DNA from: a virus
Taxonomy: Duplodnaviria; Caudoviricetes
Length of the DNA: 64,000 nt
Direction: 5' to 3' (one strand)
Virus record (IMG/VR): IMGVR_UViG_3300043423_000073
Coordinates: 1-64,000 of that record
This document shows positions 56,473 through 64,000 of this stretch, piece by piece. Below the pieces are notes generated by a model, which had not been told where the DNA came from, did no database searches, and saw only the letters and a list, made by a program, of their open reading frames with translations. The position numbers were made by a program, and so were the translations under genes. Position 1 is the first letter of the stretch. Every line of letters starts with the position of its first letter.

Positions 56473-57624
56473 TTAGCCTCCGTTGATCTCATTCGCAACT
56501 CGGCGCAGCTGCTGCTGGGTTAGGCCGTATTTGTCCTCAAGCCATTCCAGGTCATGCGGTGTCACGCCCTCACCTTGATCAAGCTGGGTAATGGTGAACA
56601 CAATCTTTTTGCCGTCGTAGGGCTTCATCTTGAGGCGAGCCTTTCTACGATTCTTCAAAAGCTTCCGCATCTCTTGGTAAAGCTGCATCTGAATGTCGTC
56701 CACTCGCGTAAGATCGCGTTTCATGACAAAGGTCATGCTTTCTTTGTCTGCCACAATCTTATCAATGTACGGAGCAGCAGAGAAGGCGTCAGGTGTCATG
56801 CCTTTGGTGTTTCGCAGATGCATGTCCATAGGGAGGTTGCCAATCTGCGAACTAAACCCTTCGAGACTAAGCTGGTTGGTGATTGTGCGGACAGCGTCCT
56901 TTGTGTCCTTGACCAGCTCACCTGACTGCAAGCGGGTGGGTTCAACAAAGTCGTGCTCGATAAATACCTCGACTATGTTAGCCTTTGCCTCAATCGTCCA
57001 CCGCAAGGCAACGTAGAGGTGAGGCATGACCTGACCTTCATCGGACACAGCGTTTACCAAGACGATGTAGCCGGCAAAGACTAAATCGCCACCTGCGTTA
57101 ATTGCGACATAGATAAAGTTCTCGATGCTGTCGCACTCAATGTGTTGGTTGTCAGAAAGTTCCTGGGCGAGCTTGGCAAGAAAGCGCTTAAACTCTTTCG
57201 GAGCGTGCCCTTCCGCAATCTTGTTCAGGCTCTTGAAGAGAGCACGAAGTTTGGTCTCAATGTCAACCTTAAGGCGACGAACCGCACCGAGAGTGGCTTC
57301 CACTTTGGGTTCGGCCACACGGAAGGTGCGTTGGATTTGTGCCTCGGCCTCTTCCAGCTCGCGGTACTGATGCGACAACTCTTCGACCAGTCTGTAGTCC
57401 TTTGTCAGCTGTGTCTTGTTAGGAACCTTAGTGACAGGGAAATTAACATCAATTGTCTCTCCCCGGCGAGTGCGTTTAGGCAACTCGCCGTCACCGGAAA
57501 TGTCGAGCACCACCGAGGCGTCCAGGCGCTTGATGCTAATGTCTGCCAGCTGATTTAGCTCCTGCAGTTTTGCGACTTTGTCGTCAATGAAGCGCTTGAC
57601 GTCCTTGAGCGAAGTGAATTTCAT
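56473..57624 (-). CDS. conserved hypothetical (probable head) protein
   Basis: 383 aa; RLDAS motif near the N-terminus. Confidence 0.6.
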   Translation of the reverse strand: MKFTSLKDVKRFIDDKVAKLQELNQLADISIKRLDASVVLDISGDGELPKRTRRGETIDVNFPVTKVPNKTQLTKDYRLVEELSHQYRELEEAEAQIQRTFRVAEPKVEATLGAVRRLKVDIETKLRALFKSLNKIAEGHAPKEFKRFLAKLAQELSDNQHIECDSIENFIYVAINAGGDLVFAGYIVLVNAVSDEGQVMPHLYVALRWTIEAKANIVEVFIEHDFVEPTRLQSGELVKDTKDAVRTITNQLSLEGFSSQIGNLPMDMHLRNTKGMTPDAFSAAPYIDKIVADKESMTFVMKRDLTRVDDIQMQLYQEMRKLLKNRRKARLKMKPYDGKKIVFTITQLDQGEGVTPHDLEWLEDKYGLTQQQLRRVANEINGG

Positions 57625-57625
57625 A

Positions 57626-58528
57626 TTAGTAGTCCTTGATGGTTACGTTGCGTCTACGGAGAGTGAGATTATCTCCGCGGAGTTCCATTATGTACCCGGC
57701 CTTGCTTAGCTTGTCCCAGACGTTTCGTGCCATCTGGGTGTGGCCGTCTGTTGCAAGTATGAAGCCCTTGTCGAGCATGAGGCGGTAGATGAAGGCGGTG
57801 ATGCCGTTGCCACGAATTGCCGGCGACAGGATTGCATGCGGTTCAAGTTGCCTTGGGGCTACAACCGTGAAGGATATCTGGCCCAAGACTTCACGCAGGT
57901 CAAAGGAGAACACTGTGTAGTTGTGCTCCCTGCCTAGCCATTGATGGTAACCAACTTTTACCTTAACCCCAAGATCAGCGTCTGCGCCATGTACCCACTC
58001 CTCTATGAGAGGCAAGACCTTGTTGGTCGAAGGTAGCTTAGGGGCGCTACCTGGCGAGAGTATGCGGTAGCTGAGCAGCATACTCTTCGGCAGCTTAAGC
58101 TCATCAATAGCGTCTTCCGCCTTGTATCCGCTGTGCCTACACCAAGCGCGGAGACGCTCAAGAGCGGCCTTTGCTGCGTCCACCACCTCCTTAACAGACT
58201 CATCTGCCTCGTCAAGGCCTTCCTTGGCCACATAGGTAAGCTGTTCGGCAGCCTCCTTAGCGTCCTTGACAAGGTTAAGTGGCGCGAAAGGCAAAACCAA
58301 GGAGTTCCCGCTCTTGTCGGTAAGTGGCACCAGCTCATATTGCCGCACCTCGGCATCCGATAAGGCTTTGGGGTAGGTGAGGACACCGTGCCGAACGCCC
58401 ACTGCCTTGGTGTCTTTCTCGTGGCTAATGTAGCCTTTAGGAACAGCGCCAGGGGCAGGAGGCCTAGCGCGTAACCCGTATTGAAAATCCATTGCGGCAC
58501 TAAGTCTTGCCACGGCGTTAAGTCTCAT
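57626..58528 (-). CDS. leader-tagged DarA C-terminal-like domain + GNAT-like domain protein
   Basis: MRLNAVARLSAA; YGLRARP..PGAVPKG...RHGVLTY...L...E...YELVP; RGNGITAFIY...GHT..A..VWDKL. Confidence 0.65.
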   Translation of the reverse strand: MRLNAVARLSAAMDFQYGLRARPPAPGAVPKGYISHEKDTKAVGVRHGVLTYPKALSDAEVRQYELVPLTDKSGNSLVLPFAPLNLVKDAKEAAEQLTYVAKEGLDEADESVKEVVDAAKAALERLRAWCRHSGYKAEDAIDELKLPKSMLLSYRILSPGSAPKLPSTNKVLPLIEEWVHGADADLGVKVKVGYHQWLGREHNYTVFSFDLREVLGQISFTVVAPRQLEPHAILSPAIRGNGITAFIYRLMLDKGFILATDGHTQMARNVWDKLSKAGYIMELRGDNLTLRRRNVTIKDY

Positions 58529-59697
58529 AAAAGACCTCCGGTTGATTTATGGTGACTCGGGGCTGCCCCGAGCACACGCTTCTGGCTCGTCTTTGATCTT
58601 TGCGGTAACACATTCCACAACTCTTGCGGCTGGGCAACCCTGACCTGCACCTCGTGACCGAGCATATTGCGATTACGTGTATTCCACGGCGTGCAGCCTT
58701 GGACGATTAGCATCTTGCCTAGTTGGCCCTCGGCAATGACGTCCATTGTGTTTATGTGCGGCACATCGGGAGAAACGATTATCTGAAAGGGCTCTGAGGA
58801 GTCGAGGAGAGACAGATCGTTAGACTTGCCTCGCTTAGGAAACTCAAAGTAAATTGGCTCCAACGATAGCGCGGCTTGCATCTCAAAGTGGGATACGTGA
58901 GCTTCCGTTGCTATGCTAATGTTGTGCGGTCGCCCATCAAAGAAGTCAGTTAGGCGGCGACCTGAAATGTCAACGCCGTCAATCTTTATGCGTGCAACCA
59001 CAACCTTTTTCCCATCCATTGGCCGAAAGACATCCACGGTGGCAGCACCTCGGGGCAAGGTAGCATTAAAGGTGTGAGTGCCAGGCTCTAGGCGTAAACT
59101 GTCTGGCTCAATGTGTGCAGTCGACACCATTTCATGCGCAGCCACAACCTCACGCCATCCCCTAAAAGTCGAGTACCCACCAATGTAGTGAGTGCCAAAG
59201 CAGATTGGGCAGCTAACGTCTGTAACGCCCAGCGAGGTGAGGTCAAAGTCGGCAAGGAGCGAATCGACGTAGTTAGTGTTGCCGCCGTCGCCAAAAACCT
59301 CGCCTTCTTCAAGGTGTGCAAACTCATCCTCAAGCGTTACCACATTCTCCTTTATAGAGGACGGTGGGCGATTGCCAGATATGTCTAAGATGTCGGTTGT
59401 CTTTTGGTAGTCAGATATGCCAAACTCACCGCCCGCGATGACTTGGTGAATGTGGCCGGGCGAGGCCTTGCCGTCAGCGTTTAGGCGGGTGTTAAGCTCA
59501 GAAGTCTTTTTGCTGCATCCGCAGGCACGTCCTTGCACCATGCGGTTGTACAGAATACCCGGTACGCCTTGAGTGCGAAAAGCTGCCTGCATACGCTGTT
59601 GCTGCATAGGTGCAATGTACTCGGTTAGGCGACTTGCGACGTCTGCCCCACGAGCGTTAGCAGGCGTCAGTCCTGATCTTCGATCCATTAATGGCAT
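58525..59697 (-). CDS. virion structural protein with Cys motifs
   Basis: C.C and CPICFGT..IGGY motifs seen in phage head-tail proteins. Confidence 0.55.
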   Translation of the reverse strand: MPLMDRRSGLTPANARGADVASRLTEYIAPMQQQRMQAAFRTQGVPGILYNRMVQGRACGCSKKTSELNTRLNADGKASPGHIHQVIAGGEFGISDYQKTTDILDISGNRPPSSIKENVVTLEDEFAHLEEGEVFGDGGNTNYVDSLLADFDLTSLGVTDVSCPICFGTHYIGGYSTFRGWREVVAAHEMVSTAHIEPDSLRLEPGTHTFNATLPRGAATVDVFRPMDGKKVVVARIKIDGVDISGRRLTDFFDGRPHNISIATEAHVSHFEMQAALSLEPIYFEFPKRGKSNDLSLLDSSEPFQIIVSPDVPHINTMDVIAEGQLGKMLIVQGCTPWNTRNRNMLGHEVQVRVAQPQELWNVLPQRSKTSQKRVLGAAPSHHKSTGGLL

Positions 59698-59706
59698 AGC
59701 TAGCCT

Positions 59707-61329
59707 TTATGAAAGATCTTCTGCGTGGACAAGCTTTTCTAAAAACTTGGGCACACGGAAGCCCCAGGTTTGGAACAGCTCAACTTGCTCATCGCCGCCA
59801 ATGTAAGACATTGCCGCGGTAGTGCCAGTGACCTTTTCGGTGTCGGTGCCGACGCCTCGTTTATGATTGAGTAGCTTGCCAACCTGCTCAGTCATCTTCT
59901 TGTACCGCTCAAGCGCTTCTTTCTCCGTCTTGGGTGGGCGGCGAGCACGGTCAGCTTCGACGAGTTGATTGAACAGCGCAGTACCGCGAGAGGTTCTAAG
60001 CTTGTGCACCGACACGTCAGCCGAAGCACCAAACTTTCTAAAGGCCAGGTTCACATCCGACGGAGTAACGCGTTTCCACTTACCGTTGGCGAGATAGGTA
60101 AACAGGAAGTCTTTTGGGCCCTTGTCCACCAGCAACAGGTTAATGTTGCGAAGGAGAAAGCGATGGACAGGGTCAGTTTCCTTGAGCACGTGCTTGGTTG
60201 GAATGCTGTCTTTGCCCAGGTAGGCAAGGTTAATGCCTTGCTGCGTAAGTCTCACATTCTTCACCAGTAGAGTACCTGCACCACGACCCGGCTGGCTACC
60301 TATCCGGGCAGCAAAAGAGTAGAGTAGCTCCAGCACAACGGCGGCAACGCTTTCTTTGTCTTCGATATCGAATGTTCGCACACGAGTAAGCCAGCGCTTG
60401 CGAATGCCTGTGATCTGCGCCATTAGGTTGCGCACGTTTTGGTACTTGACCTTTGACGCCTCTTTTTTGTAGCCGACAGTGTAGACGTAGGCAGTGCCGC
60501 CGTCAGGCTTAACCGCCTTGCACACCCAGTCAGTCTTGCCGTCACCCATCGTAACCTTCTCGTAGGTTGCGAGGTTAGGAACACCAGCTACCAACTCGCC
60601 TTCTTCTGTGTACCAGCGTCCTTGATCGTCAATGCGACCAGTGAAGCCTGGAACCATTGAGTGGGTGAAGCCCATCTGTTGGAAGAAGCGGAACGCATCG
60701 GCGTAGGGCACAGTCTTCTCGCCGGAGCTTCGCACATAGTTCATGAGTCGCGACTTGAACTCAGCATTGTGCGCTTTGCGAAGCTCTGCGTATTGGGCGT
60801 AGGCATTGGGATTGGTGTCTCGAACCGTCTGTGCCTCTTGCAGAGCAAGGTAAACGTCGTCACGACCAACAAGCGACTTAACAAGGCGTCGCAGTGACTT
60901 GGAGTCCGCCTTAGGAACAGGCGGGGACAGAAGTGCGGCCAGCTTAGGCGTAGCCATCACGGAAGCGTTTTTGCGAATGTAGTTGAGCGCGGTCTCACTG
61001 TCAGTAAGGCAGTACGTGTAGAGTGCCTTAAGCATCGAGAGCTCAGGGGAGGTGAACTCGTGGTTCTTTTTGAACTCCACAAAGGTGCTTTTTAGATCAG
61101 CGCCTAAGTCGTAGAGGGCGGAGGCTTTGCCTACACCTGCGCGAGCGGCACGCAGAGCAGGGAGCAACATTTCAAGCTCCCCACTCCACTGCTTTGCATT
61201 GTCGAGGTGAGGGCGAAGCTCCGCGGAGATGGGTTTTTCGGCTGACTGAAGATAGTCGGCAACAAGCGCGCCAACAATCTCCAATAGGTTTGCTAGCCGA
61301 CTAGCACTAATCTTGTGAACTGACAACAT
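59707..61329 (-). CDS. DNA topoisomerase IB-like protein with N-terminal extension
   Basis: Catalytic set R (ARIGS), K (YLGKD), R (HKLRT), H (LLNHK), Y (AMSYI). Confidence 0.8.
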   Translation of the reverse strand: MLSVHKISASRLANLLEIVGALVADYLQSAEKPISAELRPHLDNAKQWSGELEMLLPALRAARAGVGKASALYDLGADLKSTFVEFKKNHEFTSPELSMLKALYTYCLTDSETALNYIRKNASVMATPKLAALLSPPVPKADSKSLRRLVKSLVGRDDVYLALQEAQTVRDTNPNAYAQYAELRKAHNAEFKSRLMNYVRSSGEKTVPYADAFRFFQQMGFTHSMVPGFTGRIDDQGRWYTEEGELVAGVPNLATYEKVTMGDGKTDWVCKAVKPDGGTAYVYTVGYKKEASKVKYQNVRNLMAQITGIRKRWLTRVRTFDIEDKESVAAVVLELLYSFAARIGSQPGRGAGTLLVKNVRLTQQGINLAYLGKDSIPTKHVLKETDPVHRFLLRNINLLLVDKGPKDFLFTYLANGKWKRVTPSDVNLAFRKFGASADVSVHKLRTSRGTALFNQLVEADRARRPPKTEKEALERYKKMTEQVGKLLNHKRGVGTDTEKVTGTTAAMSYIGGDEQVELFQTWGFRVPKFLEKLVHAEDLS

Positions 61330-61347
61330 GGGAGCTCCTTTACTCCC

Positions 61348-61356
61348 ATAAAATTA
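61348..61356 (-). promoter_or_regulatory. putative late promoter core TAATTTTAT
   Basis: Upstream of the topo IB RBS AAGGAG. Confidence 0.6.
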
Positions 61357-61360
61357 TCAC

Positions 61361-62485
61361 TCAGTAGTCAAGATTTAATCGAGAAGCCAAGATGTCCGCA
61401 AACACTTTTTCTGCAGGCTGGTCCGCGTCAATGCGAATGAAACGTGCAGGATCGCCGTGCATCCGTGAGAGATAGCCTGACGCAACATCGCGGAAAAACG
61501 TTACTGACTGAGACTCGAAGCGATCAGGAGTGCGGGCACCTGCCAGTCTGGCTGCTGCAACTTCTGGTTTTAAATCAAACCAAAAGGTTACGTCAGGTTG
61601 ACGGACGTCTTGCACCCAACGCTCAAGCTGAGTAAGGATGCCTAGATCAAACCCTCTGCCGTGGCCTTGATAGGCAAAGGTAGAGTCGGTAAACCTATCG
61701 CAGATAACAACGTCACCGCGTGCAAGCGCCGGTTCAATGACCTGCTGCAGGTGATCTCTTCGTGCGGCAAACACAAGGAGTGCCTCGGTAAGAGGATCCA
61801 TGGTGTCGTTAAGCACAAGAGTGCGAAGCTTCTCGGCCAAAGCCGTGCCGCCAGGTTCACGTGTCACTATGACGTTCCGGCCACGCGCCTCAACTTCTTC
61901 TGCGAGCGGCTGAATGTGACCGGACTTGCCTGCACCGTCAATGCCCTCAAAGGTGATAAAAAGTCCTTGCACTTGAGTCTCCTTAGGAATACGTTTATAT
62001 TCCACAAAGGCCATGCTCAAACCGTCGTCGCTGATAACCCACCTAGTGGTTGGGGTCTTTTGCCACTCAAGCGGTGAAAGGGTAGGAGCAAACGTGTCAC
62101 CGCCTACCACGTAGTCGTCGATTTCGGTCACAACCACACGCTGTGCCAGCGGCAACGCCAATTCATAAATCTGTGCGCCGCCGATCACCCAAACTTGGGG
62201 TGCGTCGCCGCATGCATCCAATGCGGCATCGAGGCTGCAGGCGGCCGTGGCTCCGGTTTCTACCCACTCCTTGTTGGAGGTTATAACAATGTTCTTTCGT
62301 CCGGGTAGGGGACGAAAGCGCGGTTGCAGGGAGTCCCAGGTTTTGCGGCCCATGATGACCGGGCAGCCTGCGGTGGTGCTCTTAAAGTGAGCCAAGTCTT
62401 CTGGGCTGTGCCATGGTACGGCATTGTTCTTCCCAATGACACCGTTGCGAGACTGAGCCCATATAAGGTTGATCTGGGGTTTCAT
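61361..62485 (-). CDS. dihydrofolate reductase - thymidylate kinase fusion (folA-tmk)
   Basis: N-half: GVIG...PW..PEDL.HFK...IMGRKTW...RPLPGR..IGGA. C-half: [13 protein letters not shown]...REPGG...DRFTDST.AYQG. Confidence 0.9.
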   Translation of the reverse strand: MKPQINLIWAQSRNGVIGKNNAVPWHSPEDLAHFKSTTAGCPVIMGRKTWDSLQPRFRPLPGRKNIVITSNKEWVETGATAACSLDAALDACGDAPQVWVIGGAQIYELALPLAQRVVVTEIDDYVVGGDTFAPTLSPLEWQKTPTTRWVISDDGLSMAFVEYKRIPKETQVQGLFITFEGIDGAGKSGHIQPLAEEVEARGRNVIVTREPGGTALAEKLRTLVLNDTMDPLTEALLVFAARRDHLQQVIEPALARGDVVICDRFTDSTFAYQGHGRGFDLGILTQLERWVQDVRQPDVTFWFDLKPEVAAARLAGARTPDRFESQSVTFFRDVASGYLSRMHGDPARFIRIDADQPAEKVFADILASRLNLDY

Positions 62486-62488
62486 TTG

Positions 62489-63304
62489 TTAAACTGCGAC
62501 AGGCGCTTTGATTGCAGGATGGTGATCATAGTTGATCACCTCGATGTCCTCAAGATGGTACTCGTGGTAATCAAAGAGCGAAGTTGTTTGATTAATCTTC
62601 AAAGTCGGGTAGGGAAAAGGCTTGCGGCTCAACTGCAGGTTAACCTGCTCAAGGTGGTTCAGGTAGATGTGGCAGTCGCCGCCGGTCCAAACAAAGTCGC
62701 CCACCTCCATGTCACACGCTTGTGCCACCATGTGCGTGAGCAGGGCGTAGCTGGCAATGTTGAACGGTACGCCAAGGAAAAGGTCGGCGCTGCGCTGGTA
62801 GAGCTGACAGCTTAAACGGCCTTTTCCGCTAGACGTAGGCTCGACGTAGAACTGGAACAAAGCGTGGCAAGGCTCTAGGGCCATCTTGCTAAGCTCTGCT
62901 ACGTTCCATGCACTGACGATGATGCGCCGACTGTTCGGATTGTTCTTGAGAGTGGTCACAGCCTGTTGCAGCTGATCAATGTGGCCGCCATCGGGCGTAG
63001 GCCAGCTGCGCCATTGCGCGCCGTAGACGGGCCCGAGGTTACCGTCTGCGTCGGCCCACTCGTCCCAAATAGTGCAGCCACGATCTTGCAGCCACTTCAC
63101 ATTCGTGTCACCGCGCAAAAACCAGAGAAGCTCAAGTACCACGGCGCGAAAAAACACCTTCTTGGTTGTCACCAGTGGAAAGCCTTCGCGCAGATTAAAT
63201 CGCAGTTGGCGGCCAAACACACTCAAGGTGCCTGTGCCTGTGCGGTCGCCTTTCTCAACGCCGTTCTTAAGGACGTCCGCGAGTAGTGTCTCGTATTGGT
63301 TCAT
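62489..63304 (-). CDS. thyA: thymidylate synthase
   Basis: [37 protein letters not shown]. Confidence 0.97.
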   Translation of the reverse strand: MNQYETLLADVLKNGVEKGDRTGTGTLSVFGRQLRFNLREGFPLVTTKKVFFRAVVLELLWFLRGDTNVKWLQDRGCTIWDEWADADGNLGPVYGAQWRSWPTPDGGHIDQLQQAVTTLKNNPNSRRIIVSAWNVAELSKMALEPCHALFQFYVEPTSSGKGRLSCQLYQRSADLFLGVPFNIASYALLTHMVAQACDMEVGDFVWTGGDCHIYLNHLEQVNLQLSRKPFPYPTLKINQTTSLFDYHEYHLEDIEVINYDHHPAIKAPVAV

Positions 63305-63305
63305 C

Positions 63306-64000
63306 TTACTTCTCCTGCGCAACAAAGGAACGATAGTTGCCGCCGCTCCTGTTGTAATAGGCGCCGTTGCCGGTCATAATGTCGACGCACCTCTCAACCG
63401 TTCCGGAGTTCCAGTGAGCGATCAACCCTTGACTAGGGTGAGGCGCGTCTAAGGACGCACGGAGCTTTGCCTCTGCGTCTTCTAAGGACCACGGAACGTA
63501 AAGACGGGTGTGGTCGTTGTTAAAAGTTTCTGGGAATGATCGGTACGCAGGGTAGACTGCGTTGCAGCCCAGCGCGTCTGCCTCGGAAACAGTGTTGCTC
63601 ACCCAGTCTTGCAGCGCGCAGTTGAACAGTACCCGCGAGGCAGCAAGCTCAGTGTAGTACTCGTGCTTAGAAAGATTCTCTTTAATCTCAACTAGCCCTG
63701 AGGCTTGAAGAGCACGAATACGCGGGAGCGCCGTAGGGTCGTTTGACTTTAGAGGTCCGCCGGAAAGAACAACAAACTTGCACACGCCTAGGTTACCGCG
63801 CTCGATAAGATCCATGAAAAAGTGAGGCTGCTTCTCTTGGTCGAATCGTGCAGCGAACACCACTCTTTTTTCGCGATCTGCAAACTTAGGCACGTGATTA
63901 ACACGGCTGCGTACCTCAGTCGCAGAGAAGGCGAGGCCTGCAATGTTGTACACAGGCGCCGTCCAGCCTGCGATACGCATGTGCGCAACCATCTCTTCGT
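63306..64000 (-). CDS. GT-B glycosyltransferase (5' end outside window); possibly DNA-modifying
   Basis: [13 protein letters not shown]...EA.ALGC..VYP...SFPE. Confidence 0.7.
   Translation of the reverse strand, partial: EEMVAHMRIAGWTAPVYNIAGLAFSATEVRSRVNHVPKFADREKRVVFAARFDQEKQPHFFMDLIERGNLGVCKFVVLSGGPLKSNDPTALPRIRALQASGLVEIKENLSKHEYYTELAASRVLFNCALQDWVSNTVSEADALGCNAVYPAYRSFPETFNNDHTRLYVPWSLEDAEAKLRASLDAPHPSQGLIAHWNSGTVERCVDIMTGNGAYYNRSGGNYRSFVAQEK

Noticed and set aside
28917-58528. Leader as a Sec/Tat/lipoprotein signal peptide
   Set aside because: Too short, with no hydrophobic h-region, twin-arginine motif or lipobox.

Overview
This is a 64-kb segment of a large (probably jumbo) myophage genome. 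The host is probably a betaproteobacterium, inferred from the Burkholderiales-like thyA/folA/tmk and the tailspike N-terminus. Layout: 1-1.6 kb (+) 5'-3' exonuclease and glutaredoxin. 1.6-15.7 kb (-) tail fibre/tailspike and adsorption module, holin-like and ferritin-like genes. 15.8-28.5 kb (+) recombination/replication module (PD-(D/E)XK nuclease, Rad50/gp46-like ATPase, clamp-like protein, UvsW-like and DnaB-like helicases) plus a ~460-nt structured non-coding region. 28.6-61.3 kb (-) late module: tail tube, sheath, major capsid, scaffold, prohead protease, giant SNF2 helicase, HNH, Dam, SprT, Nudix, 2H phosphoesterase, GNAT-like proteins and topoisomerase IB. 61.4-64 kb (-) DHFR-Tmk fusion, thyA and a glycosyltransferase. 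The most striking signal is that 16 mostly unrelated late genes start with the same ~12-residue leader, M-[KRQ]-[LI]-x-A-[AFV]-x-R-L-x-[AS] (MKLQAATRL...). In 9 of them it is also a near-identical RBS+leader DNA cassette. It looks like a portable capsid-targeting, protease-cleaved tag that turns arbitrary cargo (a shuffled 4-copy paralog family, GNAT-like and DarA-domain proteins) into head-packaged, injected proteins. Other signals: a 7-copy late-promoter motif (TAATTTTAT), a candidate large ncRNA directly behind an eighth copy, and genes inserted with flanking direct repeats. All functional calls come from motif recognition by eye; no database searches were run.
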